Shown here piece after piece: positions 1 through 10,075 of a DNA stretch of 64,000 bases (position 1 is its first letter; each line of letters starts with the position of its first letter). The stretch covers positions 64,772 through 128,771 of the forward strand of contig JAMNXP010000004.1 of the NCBI GenBank assembly GCA_023653095.1, read 5' to 3'. This DNA comes from Bacteroidia bacterium (GTDB lineage Bacteria; Bacteroidota; Bacteroidia; NS11-12g; UBA955). A program made the position numbers and the translations under genes. A model generated the notes under the pieces. The model saw nothing but the letters and a program-made list of their open reading frames with translations, was not told where the DNA came from and ran no database searches.

Positions 1-864
1 TCAAAAAGTCCAGATTGGCTTTCACTAAAAACCAAAACTCAAGAAAGATTCATCACTGAAACCTTGAACGGACTACAAGACAGTAACATCAGCAGAGTTT
101 GGCTGCCCTTATCAAATGACTTTGTTTTCAAGCCTGAAGAAACCGTTGAAGATAAAATGTTCATGGCAGATTTATTCCCTGCAAATGAAGAAACTCAGCA
201 AAAATTCATGGATTGGCTCAGAACTTATTACAACAATCCTTCGATCACTGCTAAATCAAAACTTCAATTTTACAACTTTGTTCCTACTGAGATGGAAAGC
301 AAAATGGATGTGGTTTTCCCTTATTACAGCAATCCCAAGAAAGGCATTGAAGACATTGAGAATGCCGCGAAAACGGGAAACTCGCATTTAACCGTTTTAT
401 ATGCGCGTATTTTTTACGATATAAACAAGGAGAAAGCCATGGCTAACAATGATCTGTTGTATCAATTCACCTTAAGCGCCATCAACAATCCAGAAATCAA
501 TGACAAAGTTCGTAGAGATTTAGCCTTGGTGCAGTTTTCAAGATTGACTAACCCACAGAAAAAATACGACTTGATGTTAGCTGTATTCAACAGCAATCTC
601 CACAAGGAATATCAATTTAAAGTATGCGACAGAGCCATTCCTTTTGCTGATGAAACTTCGGGCATGGAAAACACCCAGTTTTTACAAAAAATGTGGAACT
701 CAGAGGTGGTTAAAAATTCCATCCTTTTCAAACGCATGCTGAAGAAAGCTACTTCCAAAGAATGGGAGAGTTTGCAGAATGAATATCCAACAGAAAAAGA
801 CATCATCAAATCGAGCACCAAAGACCGTTACAAACTGATAAAAATCATACAAAATGTAGAGTGA
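1..864 (+). CDS. hypothetical protein, 5' end outside window
   Basis: Frame 1 is open from base 1. The listed 64..864 ORF starts on TTG, so it is probably internal. No motif recognised. Confidence 0.45.
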   Translation, partial: SKSPDWLSLKTKTQERFITETLNGLQDSNISRVWLPLSNDFVFKPEETVEDKMFMADLFPANEETQQKFMDWLRTYYNNPSITAKSKLQFYNFVPTEMESKMDVVFPYYSNPKKGIEDIENAAKTGNSHLTVLYARIFYDINKEKAMANNDLLYQFTLSAINNPEINDKVRRDLALVQFSRLTNPQKKYDLMLAVFNSNLHKEYQFKVCDRAIPFADETSGMENTQFLQKMWNSEVVKNSILFKRMLKKATSKEWESLQNEYPTEKDIIKSSTKDRYKLIKIIQNVE

Positions 865-925
865 TTTCAAGAACTTTGTGTTAATTCTTGGTTGTTATTT
901 AAAATCATTCTAAATTTGTGAGAGG

Positions 926-1156
926 ATGATCACAAACGCGGCAGAAATTGAACTGGAAAGCACTTATGAAATTGAGTCGCTCAGTGAAGGCAGTTTGCAT
1001 CAGAAACTTTCTGAAATGGGCTGTATCCCAGGAACAGAAATAGAGAAACTATTTACTGCGCCGGGTGGAGACCCAGTAGCTTACAGGATTGACTCATACA
1101 TACTAGGACTTCGCCTAGCTGAAGCTTCACAAATCATGGTAAAGCGCGTTAAATAA
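926..1156 (+). CDS. feoA: FeoA family ferrous iron transport protein
   Basis: 76 aa SH3-like FeoA pattern (GCIPGTEIEK...PVAYRIDSYILGLRLAEA). Sits 6 nt upstream of feoB. Confidence 0.85.
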   Translation: MITNAAEIELESTYEIESLSEGSLHQKLSEMGCIPGTEIEKLFTAPGGDPVAYRIDSYILGLRLAEASQIMVKRVK

Positions 1157-1162
1157 ATCCGC

Positions 1163-3115
1163 ATGAAGTGGAAACGCATAGCCCTGATTGGAAATCCAAA
1201 CTGTGGAAAGTCTACGCTCTTCAATAGATTAACTGGGCTATCTCAGAAAACCAGCAACCTACCCGGCACAACGGTTGATTCATTCGAAGGAAAACTTCAA
1301 AACAATGAAACTACCATTGTTGATTTACCCGGAATTTACAGTTTGTTCACCAACACAGACTACGAGAAAGTGGTGGCGAAAAATCTTCTTGGTTTCGACA
1401 CATCGGCCCCAGAAGCACTATTTTTCATTCTCGATGCCTCAAACTTGCGTCGCAATTTGTTGTTGTTGTCACAGGTAGCCGAATTAGGTATTCCCACTGC
1501 CGGAATCCTTACCATGCATGACACTGCACTCAGACGCAACATCGAAATAGATATTCAAGAGCTCTCTAAACAACTGGGCATTCCCATCATCACTTTCAAT
1601 CCTCGCAAAGACAGTGATTTAACCCCGGTATTAAATCTGAATCCAACTATCGGACAGAAATTACAAACCACTCCCCATTTTATTGATCGCTTAAATTCCT
1701 TCATCCAAGGCACACCTCCTGAAGGTATTTCTGCTGAAACTTTACTTCGATACAACCAAATAGACGGTGTTATTAAAAAAAGCGTCAAGCGAAAGACCAA
1801 ATTCAGTTCGGTCAACACCCTCAAAATAGACAAAGTACTTACTCACCCTATTACTGGAATTTTAGCCTTCGTTTTGGTGATGCTAGCCCTATTCCAAAGC
1901 GTATTTATGCTTGCAGAATTCCCCATGCAAGGAATTGAATGGGCCTTTTCCTCCGTGCGCTTACAAGTTGACCAATGGCTCCCTTCAACAACTACCCTTG
2001 GAAACTTCGTAAGCAATGGCATCATCAGCGGCTTGGAAGGAGTCATCATCTTTGTGCCGCAAATTTTCATCCTTTTTTTCCTGATTGGAATTTTAGAAGA
2101 TAGCGGATACATGGTTCGTGCCAGCTTTTTGACCGATAGAATCATGCGAAAACTAGGCCTGAACGGCCGTTCCATCATTCCCCTTGTTGGAGGATTTGCC
2201 TGTGCCATTCCCTCTATCATGGCCACCAGGAACATTCGCAACAAGACCGAGCGCTTAGTTACCATGCTGATTGTACCCCTGATGAGCTGCAGTGCCCGTT
2301 TACCGGTGTACATCTTACTCATTTCGTTGGTTGTGCCCGTGGGTGTTTTTTGGGGACCGTTTCACGCTCAAACGGTCTTAATGACATCAGCCTATTTCGC
2401 CGGCATTTTTGTGGCGATCATCATGGCCCTTGTTCTTAAAATCTTCCTAAAAAACAAAGAAACCTCAGAATTTGTATTAGAACTACCCACCTATCAAGCT
2501 CCCCGACTACAAACCGTTTTGAACAACGCTTGGATCAAGTGCAAGTCCTTCCTTGGAGAAGCGGGTAAAGTCATCATCATCATTTCCATGGTATTGTGGG
2601 CTCTTTCAAATTATGGTCCATCAAAAGCTATGCAAAAAGCAGAGCAATTGGCACAAACAGAAACATCGAACGGCAACCCTGACAGCCTACAAATTAAGAA
2701 TTCCCTGAAATTAGAAGCCAGCTATGCAGGACATCTAGGAAAATTCATTGAACCAGCCATCAGACCCTTAGGTTATGATTGGAAAACCGGAATAGCCCTG
2801 ATTTCATCATTTGCCGCTCGCGAAGTATTTGTTGGAACCATGAGCACCCTCTTTCAATCAAATGAAGAGGAAGATGTGGTGGGAATCAGACAAAAAATGC
2901 AAGCCCAAATCAATCCAACAACGGGCCAAGAACAATATACTCCCGCTTATGCTGTAAGCCTCATGTTGTTTTATGCTTTTGCTTTGCAGTGTGTGAGTAC
3001 GGTTGCCGTGCTCAAAAAAGAAACAAATTCTTGGAAATGGCCAATCATCTTGTTCGCTTTGTATGGATTCATCGCATATTTCTCAGCGTTCATCGCATAT
3101 CAATTACTATCTTAA
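1163..3115 (+). CDS. feoB: ferrous iron transporter FeoB
   Basis: N-terminal G-domain P-loop IALIGNPNCGKSTLFN and DLPGIYSL switch, followed by a polytopic membrane domain. Confidence 0.95.
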   Translation: MKWKRIALIGNPNCGKSTLFNRLTGLSQKTSNLPGTTVDSFEGKLQNNETTIVDLPGIYSLFTNTDYEKVVAKNLLGFDTSAPEALFFILDASNLRRNLLLLSQVAELGIPTAGILTMHDTALRRNIEIDIQELSKQLGIPIITFNPRKDSDLTPVLNLNPTIGQKLQTTPHFIDRLNSFIQGTPPEGISAETLLRYNQIDGVIKKSVKRKTKFSSVNTLKIDKVLTHPITGILAFVLVMLALFQSVFMLAEFPMQGIEWAFSSVRLQVDQWLPSTTTLGNFVSNGIISGLEGVIIFVPQIFILFFLIGILEDSGYMVRASFLTDRIMRKLGLNGRSIIPLVGGFACAIPSIMATRNIRNKTERLVTMLIVPLMSCSARLPVYILLISLVVPVGVFWGPFHAQTVLMTSAYFAGIFVAIIMALVLKIFLKNKETSEFVLELPTYQAPRLQTVLNNAWIKCKSFLGEAGKVIIIISMVLWALSNYGPSKAMQKAEQLAQTETSNGNPDSLQIKNSLKLEASYAGHLGKFIEPAIRPLGYDWKTGIALISSFAAREVFVGTMSTLFQSNEEEDVVGIRQKMQAQINPTTGQEQYTPAYAVSLMLFYAFALQCVSTVAVLKKETNSWKWPIILFALYGFIAYFSAFIAYQLLS

Positions 3116-3191
3116 AAGAAGTTATTAATTTATCGGTTTTTTAGTTGCAAAAATTGTAATTTTGCACGGCTAATATTATCGTATTTTATAC

Positions 3192-4055
3192 ATGAGGCAG
3201 TTAAAAATTTCAAAACAGTTTACCAACCGCGAAAACAAGTCCCTTGATAAGTACTTGAACGAAATCTCAAAAGTGCCAATGATTGATGCACAAGAAGAAG
3301 TTCTACTCGCTCAGCGAATCAGAGAAGGTGACCAAGCTGCGTTGGAAAAACTAGTTAACGCCAACTTAAGATTTGTGGTATCTGTATCAAAGCAATACCA
3401 AAACCAAGGGCTCACCTTGGGTGACCTCATTAACGAGGGGAACATGGGCCTAATCAAAGCCGCAAAACGTTTTGATGAAACCCGCGGATTCAAATTTATT
3501 TCTTACGCTGTTTGGTGGATCAGACAATCCATTCTTCAAGCTTTAGCAGATCAAAGTCGTATTGTTAGACTACCCTTGAATAAAGTTGGTAGTTTAGGCC
3601 GTATCACACAAGCCGCTGCCCGTTTGGAACAAGAACTTGAAAGAGAACCTACACCACAAGAAATTGCTGACTCTTTAGAGATTCCGCTAACTGAAGTCGA
3701 AAACGCCTTGCGTTCTTCAGGAAGACACCTTAGTATCGACGCTCCCTTGGCCGAAGGCGAAGACAACACACTGCTTGGTGTTCTTGACAACAACGATGAG
3801 CCCAATCCTGACATGCCCCTTTTGAACGAATCATTGCAAAATGAAATCAATAGGGTTATCTCTACTCTAAGCGACAAAGAACGCGATGTATTGAAGTATT
3901 ACTTTGGTCTTGACGGCAATGCCGCTCATACCTTAGAAGACATTTCAGACAAAGTAGGCCTTACTCGTGAAAGAGTGCGTCAAATCAAGGAGAAAGCATT
4001 ACGTCGATTGAGAAAATCAAGCAAAAGCAAAATTCTGAAAAGTTATTTGGGTTAA
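3192..4055 (+). CDS. rpoD: RNA polymerase primary sigma factor (sigma-70 family, short Bacteroidota SigA type)
   Basis: 287 aa. Region 2 ([40 protein letters not shown]), region 3 and region 4 ([28 protein letters not shown]). Confidence 0.9.
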   Translation: MRQLKISKQFTNRENKSLDKYLNEISKVPMIDAQEEVLLAQRIREGDQAALEKLVNANLRFVVSVSKQYQNQGLTLGDLINEGNMGLIKAAKRFDETRGFKFISYAVWWIRQSILQALADQSRIVRLPLNKVGSLGRITQAAARLEQELEREPTPQEIADSLEIPLTEVENALRSSGRHLSIDAPLAEGEDNTLLGVLDNNDEPNPDMPLLNESLQNEINRVISTLSDKERDVLKYYFGLDGNAAHTLEDISDKVGLTRERVRQIKEKALRRLRKSSKSKILKSYLG

Positions 4056-4083
4056 TCATCTGATTATTTACATGCCCAACAAT

Positions 4084-4113
4084 AAAAAGGGCCGTCTCGC
4101 GACGGCCCTTTTT
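4084..4113. terminator. bidirectional rho-independent terminator hairpin
   Basis: AAAAAGGGCCGTC-TCGC-GACGGCCCTTTTT: an 8-bp GC stem flanked by an A-run and a T-run, between convergent rpoD and the adhesin gene. Confidence 0.8.
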
Positions 4114-4135
4114 ATTGTTAACCAAATCAATTATT

Positions 4136-7100
4136 CTAATTCAATAATGTTACTGTACCCTTATATGTGTAAAGCTGGTTATCTACATATCTAAAAACCA
4201 TAGAATATCCATAAACACCTTCAGGCACTTTAGTTCCATCATTATCATATCCTAACCACTTCTCTTCTGGGTTAGTTGTCTTCCACATGATATTCCCCCA
4301 TCGGTCAAAAATCATCAGCTCATACCTTTCTAAACCAAAAGTGGTATATGGACCAAATCCTTCGTTCAAACCGTCAATATTAGGACTAAAGGCCGTAGGC
4401 AACCACATCAACAATTCAGGCTTCAAGAAAATCATTGCAGACGCACTGTCTTTACAACCTGATGGCGTCGATGCCATTAATCTAACCTTGAAATCTCCAG
4501 TTGCACTGAATGTTTTATTTATAGGGCCCATTCCGTAGTCAACTTGTCCGTCTTGGAACACCCATTCTAAATCTGTTGCACCAGAACCCGTAAAATCAAA
4601 TCTCCAATCGGTTTCAAGCCCTTTGCTCAACAAATACTCCGAGGTAAAGCTTGCTTTAGGTTTTACATATATATTTACGGGATATGCAGATGCTTTTCCG
4701 GTACATCCATAAGAACTGACAACATTCAAATTGACTAAATAAGGCCCTGCAGTATTGTAGGTGTATTTTGGGCTGGATGAAGTTGATGTTGATCCGTTAC
4801 CAAAATCCCAAGAATAGGAAGCGGTTCCTTTATTCAGCAGCAATACGCTTCCAAATTGTATTTCTTCACTTGCACAAGCGTCTTTACCAGTAATTGAAAC
4901 CAAAGGAGTTTCTGCTACATATATATTCAATGATTGAGTAGATAAACAACCCTCTGCAGATGCAACTCCCAACGTAACCACTTTAATTCCGGTATCAGTC
5001 AAGGTTTGAGTTGGAATGTTCTTTTGTAAAACCTGTATTGGGGCACCACTGCTACCTGCAATTTGCCACCCATACATAACAGGAGTAGTTGCTCCATTTT
5101 CGTTAGAAGTATTGGTAAACACAAAACTATTCCCTTGAACACATTGTTCATCGTCGTTCACTGTAAATTTAGCTACAGGAACAGAGAAAACTTTTATGTC
5201 TTTTGTCATTGAATCTTTACAACCTTGACTGGAAGTTACTACCATCTTAACAGGATATTTTCCAGTAGAGGTAAATGTTTTATTCAAATACGTTGAACCA
5301 GTCGCAGTCGTTCCATCGTTAAAGTCCCAAAGAACCGTAAATGAACCCGAAAAATTAGTTCTATCTACAAAATCAAAATCTTGGGAGTAATAACAAGCGG
5401 TATCTTTATTCACTGTAAAATTAGCCGTAGGCGTATTCACAACCGTAACCGTAGTAACGGCAGAATCTTTACAACTTTGATTAGAAGTTACAACATGCTT
5501 CACGTTATAAGTACCAACTGCTGCATAAATCTTCACAAAAGAATCATTTGACGAACTAGAACCGTCTCCGAAGGTCCAATCATGGAACAACTTTCCTCCA
5601 GCAGTCCACTTATTGGCACTCTTGAAATTGAACCTATTACCTACCAAACACCCTACGGCATTGTCTGGACTGATGCTCGCATCAGGCACATTATAAACCG
5701 TAAGATTCTTTTGTACAGAGTCCATACATCCATGAACAGTTGTGGCAATTAATCGCACCCAATAAACTCCTTCAGTATTGAATTTCTTAGAAGTAATCAC
5801 TTTTGCATAGTTGCTTGTTCCGTCACTAAACTTCCAATCACTTCTGGCCGTTAATTGACTATTCAAAGCTACCGTACTCTTACACTCTAAATCGAAGAAA
5901 TGTCCATCAAAACAATTTGAACTATCTGTTACCGTTAAGATTGCTTTCGGTTCGGGAGCTACAAATACCGTAGAAAGTGCGCTATCTCTACATCCTTTAT
6001 CAGTCTCTGTAATCAACAATATCTTCTGGGTACCTGTGTCTGAAAACTTGATGTTGGTTAAAGTGCCTTGATTTGGGTACGACTTTCCAGCTATTTGCCA
6101 TTCGTCGGTAAACGAACCAATATCGATAGTTGTGTTATCATAAAACTCAAAGCTGTTGGTTTTCTTGCATTGATCAATGATTTTACTACCAATCTCAGTT
6201 TTTCCCACCGGATAAACAATAAACAATGAATCAATGGTATCATGACAGAAATAAGGAGTCTCTGTAATCAATCGAATATTAAAGGTATCAGCAAATTTAA
6301 AGACATGTCTTCCTTTTCTATCTGAGGTTGTATCTTTAGAAGAACCATCCCCAAAATCCCAGAAAGATCTTCCAACTCCTAGCGGACTACTGCTACTATC
6401 AATAACATTAGCAACGGCGTTTTGACAGAAATGAGTTACGGGAAAGTTGATCTTTGCGATTGGATAAGGGTGAACTATCAACGTTGTATCAAGGGTATCT
6501 CTGCACCCTTTTCTAGATTGAACAATGTATCTGAGATTGTTGGTACTCAGTGAATCAAAAGAAATTTTGAAGTCTTTCGCGCTATCTTTCTTGGTAATTG
6601 CCTTTGTATGTTCATATTGTGCAGACCACCAAGAAACCTTCCAGCCATCATCATTGTATTTGGAACCATCGGTCATATCAAATACGTTTTGCTTGTAACA
6701 TTGATTCAAGGTGTCGTATTTAATGCCCGCATAAATCACATTGGCTCTGCGCACGTAGGTAGTATCGGAAGCGGCACAATTTGTAGAGGTATCTAAGACT
6801 CTAACCCATGCAAATCCGTCTTTGGTTGCTGTAAAAGTATTGGCAGTGGAATTGTCATGCCATTTGTATGTGAACTTCGCAGAAGATGGTACCTTTAGTT
6901 GCACATTCAACGTATTTGCGCATTGAGTGGTGGTATCAGGAAAACTAAATACAGGCCCAGGTAACACGTTGATGATTTTACTTCTTATAATCGTATCATC
7001 TTTATTACAAGCATTGGGAACAACTACTTTCATTAAAACGTAATATGTTCCAATTTTTGAAAATTTATGCGTTACCGAATCACCCCACTCTTCTGGAGAT

Positions 7101-8668
7101 CCGTCACCGAAATTCCATTTAGTACCTTTAATTTTTGAATTTTTATTTTTGGAAACAAGCTTTACAGGTTCGCTCGGACATTTACCGTTTCGTTTAATGT
7201 CATAATCATATTCAACGTTTTCAAAAAGTGCACCTGCTGAATAAGTATAACTCTCATAAGGACCAGTACCATAAGCAACAACAATACAACCACTGTCACA
7301 CTCAATTATATTTGAACTTGGATTATTTACCTTAATTTGAGCGTAGGCATATTTACCATCATTGGTATTTTTAAAAGATGCTGTTGCAACCAGAGTTCCG
7401 TTTAATTTGACCGCTTTGGTTGCTGATTTGTCTACTAGGATATTTACCCAGTGATTTTTCATATTGGAAGTTGTTGCCGTTCCTACAATGGTTCTTAAAA
7501 GCCGTTGATTAACATCTGGGCTAATAAAAACAGCGGCATCTCCATCCTGACTACCAGACCAACCATTGCACACTCCGTTCTTCATGTACTGAGCACAATA
7601 TGCCGGTTTGTCGGTAACTATTCTTGTAGTATTGGTATTGGTAACATCCTGATAAATCCAATCGCCTTTTTTAGGAATAGTCGTAAAAAGAGTACCGTTA
7701 ATAAAAACTTTCGTAGAATCGTAAGCAGCTATAACCTTATATACGTACCCTCCATTTTGATTGGCGTAAGGCATTAAAACGTACTCCTTTCCCAACGCTA
7801 CTGTTGGAAGAACTTGAGTGTACAAATGATCCCTACCATTAATTCCACCAGCACAGTTACCTCTCGGCGTATGAGAACTTCTCGTACCAGAAAATACATT
7901 GATCTTACCACAACCCTCAACCACTCTAATTCTTGTTCCCGTTAAATCTCCGCTCTTCGCACCTGAACCTGTCCATGAATAAGTAGCCGGATTCGTATTG
8001 TTCGTGCCCACATTATTTGGGCTTTGGACTTGCAACATGGTACCTTTTTGACCTAAACTTACGGTGAATGGAGTACCAGCAGTTTTTCCTCCTTTGGTAG
8101 CAACAGATGGTGTAATTTCCACCTTTACGTTGTTATCCATCGACACAATAACGAATTCACTTTCAGCGTATTTACCCCCTGAAATAGGTGCATTTGGCGG
8201 AAAACTTACAACAAAATATTCGGGTGCAGCTGGTATTGATTCGTAGGGCATGACGAAAGTTCCGTCTGAACGATTTAACTCCAAGTTTATGCAATAAACA
8301 TTCACTGGTTTTTGAGCCACAATACGAAGAGACCTTTTTGCATTTTGATCATTCACTCCAAACTCAGAACCTATAGGGTAATAAAAGTTTGCGTCTACCG
8401 CAATTCTGTTTACCTTATTTTTTTGGATGTTATAAGTTTGACTAGAACCCGTTAACCTCGGATTATCCAAAGTAACTTTGGTATCCTCTTCTGAAGTTAC
8501 AAATATTAGCAACGTATCAGGATAACCCCCATTACGCGTCTCCATCTCCATGAAAGACATGTAAAACTCTTTACCCGTTGAACTGATTTGCGCCTTCGCA
8601 TTTGTCGAGAGAAATAGCATTAAAAATGCCATTAACGCCTTAAAAATACCTTTGTATTTATATTTCAT
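4136..8668 (-). CDS. giant cell-surface protein: IgGFc-binding-like N-domain, multiple PKD repeats, T9SS type B C-terminal sorting domain
   Basis: Signal peptide MKYKYKGIFKALMAFLMLFLSTNAKAQ; ATG at 8668 is preferred over the GTG at 8716. At least 7 repeats carry W.FGDG/W.F.DG motifs. The C-terminus (FSPNIDGLNEGF...YELMIFDRWGN...GVYGY) matches the gliding-motility-associated CTD pattern. Confidence 0.85.
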   Translation of the reverse strand: MKYKYKGIFKALMAFLMLFLSTNAKAQISSTGKEFYMSFMEMETRNGGYPDTLLIFVTSEEDTKVTLDNPRLTGSSQTYNIQKNKVNRIAVDANFYYPIGSEFGVNDQNAKRSLRIVAQKPVNVYCINLELNRSDGTFVMPYESIPAAPEYFVVSFPPNAPISGGKYAESEFVIVSMDNNVKVEITPSVATKGGKTAGTPFTVSLGQKGTMLQVQSPNNVGTNNTNPATYSWTGSGAKSGDLTGTRIRVVEGCGKINVFSGTRSSHTPRGNCAGGINGRDHLYTQVLPTVALGKEYVLMPYANQNGGYVYKVIAAYDSTKVFINGTLFTTIPKKGDWIYQDVTNTNTTRIVTDKPAYCAQYMKNGVCNGWSGSQDGDAAVFISPDVNQRLLRTIVGTATTSNMKNHWVNILVDKSATKAVKLNGTLVATASFKNTNDGKYAYAQIKVNNPSSNIIECDSGCIVVAYGTGPYESYTYSAGALFENVEYDYDIKRNGKCPSEPVKLVSKNKNSKIKGTKWNFGDGSPEEWGDSVTHKFSKIGTYYVLMKVVVPNACNKDDTIIRSKIINVLPGPVFSFPDTTTQCANTLNVQLKVPSSAKFTYKWHDNSTANTFTATKDGFAWVRVLDTSTNCAASDTTYVRRANVIYAGIKYDTLNQCYKQNVFDMTDGSKYNDDGWKVSWWSAQYEHTKAITKKDSAKDFKISFDSLSTNNLRYIVQSRKGCRDTLDTTLIVHPYPIAKINFPVTHFCQNAVANVIDSSSSPLGVGRSFWDFGDGSSKDTTSDRKGRHVFKFADTFNIRLITETPYFCHDTIDSLFIVYPVGKTEIGSKIIDQCKKTNSFEFYDNTTIDIGSFTDEWQIAGKSYPNQGTLTNIKFSDTGTQKILLITETDKGCRDSALSTVFVAPEPKAILTVTDSSNCFDGHFFDLECKSTVALNSQLTARSDWKFSDGTSNYAKVITSKKFNTEGVYWVRLIATTVHGCMDSVQKNLTVYNVPDASISPDNAVGCLVGNRFNFKSANKWTAGGKLFHDWTFGDGSSSSNDSFVKIYAAVGTYNVKHVVTSNQSCKDSAVTTVTVVNTPTANFTVNKDTACYYSQDFDFVDRTNFSGSFTVLWDFNDGTTATGSTYLNKTFTSTGKYPVKMVVTSSQGCKDSMTKDIKVFSVPVAKFTVNDDEQCVQGNSFVFTNTSNENGATTPVMYGWQIAGSSGAPIQVLQKNIPTQTLTDTGIKVVTLGVASAEGCLSTQSLNIYVAETPLVSITGKDACASEEIQFGSVLLLNKGTASYSWDFGNGSTSTSSSPKYTYNTAGPYLVNLNVVSSYGCTGKASAYPVNIYVKPKASFTSEYLLSKGLETDWRFDFTGSGATDLEWVFQDGQVDYGMGPINKTFSATGDFKVRLMASTPSGCKDSASAMIFLKPELLMWLPTAFSPNIDGLNEGFGPYTTFGLERYELMIFDRWGNIMWKTTNPEEKWLGYDNDGTKVPEGVYGYSMVFRYVDNQLYTYKGTVTLLN

Positions 8669-8836
8669 TTTAACTGTGTCCCTTTTATAACAATCAAACC
8701 CTGTTTGTCGTTTCACGACAACAACGAAAAAACCAAAGGTTTATTGTCAAGCCTTACAGGCTTAGGACACCAAATACCCTTAAAAAGATGCCTAGATTTT
8801 TAATAATTACAATTAACAGACAATAACACCAAAATA

Positions 8837-10075
8837 CTAGAGCGAAATAACCCCACTAAAGATCAATTCATCTTCTGAATAAACAGCAACGAACTGACCA
8901 GGGGTTACGTTTTTTTGTAATTCTTTAAACACCACAATGATTCCATCTTGGGAATCACTTAGCAAAGCACAATCAAAAGCCGCTTGCCTGTATCTAATCT
9001 GACTCTTCAAATTGAAAATAGGAGAACCCGAAGTGTATAGCTGTAAGAATTCAGTTTTCAAATCAGGCCTAATCCATTGAATTTCTGCTGCTTTAACATG
9101 CAAACCACGGTAATGCATCGCTCCATGCGATTCTCCTTGTCCTACGTAAATGATGTTTTCATCCACGTCAGTGGCCAAAACAAATAACGGCAAGGGTTTA
9201 CCGCCAATTTGCAAACCTTTTCGTTGCCCACGGGTGTAAAAATGTGCACCCTTATGTTCACCAACCGCTTTCGATAAACTCAAACGAGGATTGAACCTCA
9301 GAACAGCAGCATCGGCAGTTGCATTTTGATCAATAAAGTTGTGATAGCTTTCAACCTCTGGATCTGAAGCGTCTATTTCTAAAACTCGCCCATTTTTTAC
9401 AGATAATTTCTGCTGTAAAAATTCAGGCAAACTCACTTTACCAATAAAGCAAAGACCCTGAGAATCTTTCTTGGAAGCGGTTGACAAGTCAATTTCATGG
9501 GCAATTTCCCTAACTTTGGGTTTTAGCAATTCCCCTATGGGAAACAAAGCCTTAGAAAGCTGATATTGATTGAGTTGACACAAAAAATAACTTTGATCTT
9601 TATTGGGATCTATTCCCCTGAGTAGGCGAAAAACCTCTTCTCCTTCCTCATTGACAAACGAGTCTTTACGAACATAATGCCCTGTAGCCACAAAATCAGC
9701 TCCCAATCCCATAGCCGCTTTCAAGAAAACATCAAACTTTATTTCTCTGTTGCACAGCACATCTGGATTTGGTGTTCGCCCTTGTTCGTATTCATTGAAC
9801 ATATAATCAACGATGCGTTCTTTGTAAGTTTCGCTTAAATCAATGACTTGAAATGGAATGCCTAATTTCTCTGCAACCATCAATGCATCTCTCGAATCAT
9901 CAATCCACGGACATTCATCTTCCAAAGTTACAGAGGCATCGTTCCAGTTACGCATGAAAAGACCAATCACTTCATATCCTTGTTGCTGAAGCAGATACGC
10001 CGCAACTGAGCTATCAACCCCTCCCGAAAGTCCAACGACTACCTTTGGCTTAAAGTTTAAATCTTGCCTTCCCAT
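8837..10075 (-). CDS. mnmA: tRNA 2-thiouridine(34) synthase MnmA
   Basis: PP-loop VVVGLSGGVDSSVAAYLL, then CNREIKF and GHYVR motifs. Start taken at the ATG at 10075; the ORF extends to 10090. Confidence 0.9.
   Translation of the reverse strand: MGRQDLNFKPKVVVGLSGGVDSSVAAYLLQQQGYEVIGLFMRNWNDASVTLEDECPWIDDSRDALMVAEKLGIPFQVIDLSETYKERIVDYMFNEYEQGRTPNPDVLCNREIKFDVFLKAAMGLGADFVATGHYVRKDSFVNEEGEEVFRLLRGIDPNKDQSYFLCQLNQYQLSKALFPIGELLKPKVREIAHEIDLSTASKKDSQGLCFIGKVSLPEFLQQKLSVKNGRVLEIDASDPEVESYHNFIDQNATADAAVLRFNPRLSLSKAVGEHKGAHFYTRGQRKGLQIGGKPLPLFVLATDVDENIIYVGQGESHGAMHYRGLHVKAAEIQWIRPDLKTEFLQLYTSGSPIFNLKSQIRYRQAAFDCALLSDSQDGIIVVFKELQKNVTPGQFVAVYSEDELIFSGVISL

Noticed and set aside
911-918. Isolated TAnnTTTG matches upstream of feoA (911-918), rpoD (3157-3164) and sdhC (26389-26396) as promoters
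   Set aside because: No TTG at the expected 19-nt spacing was found for any of them. A lone 8-mer with two free positions is expected by chance in AT-rich intergenic DNA.
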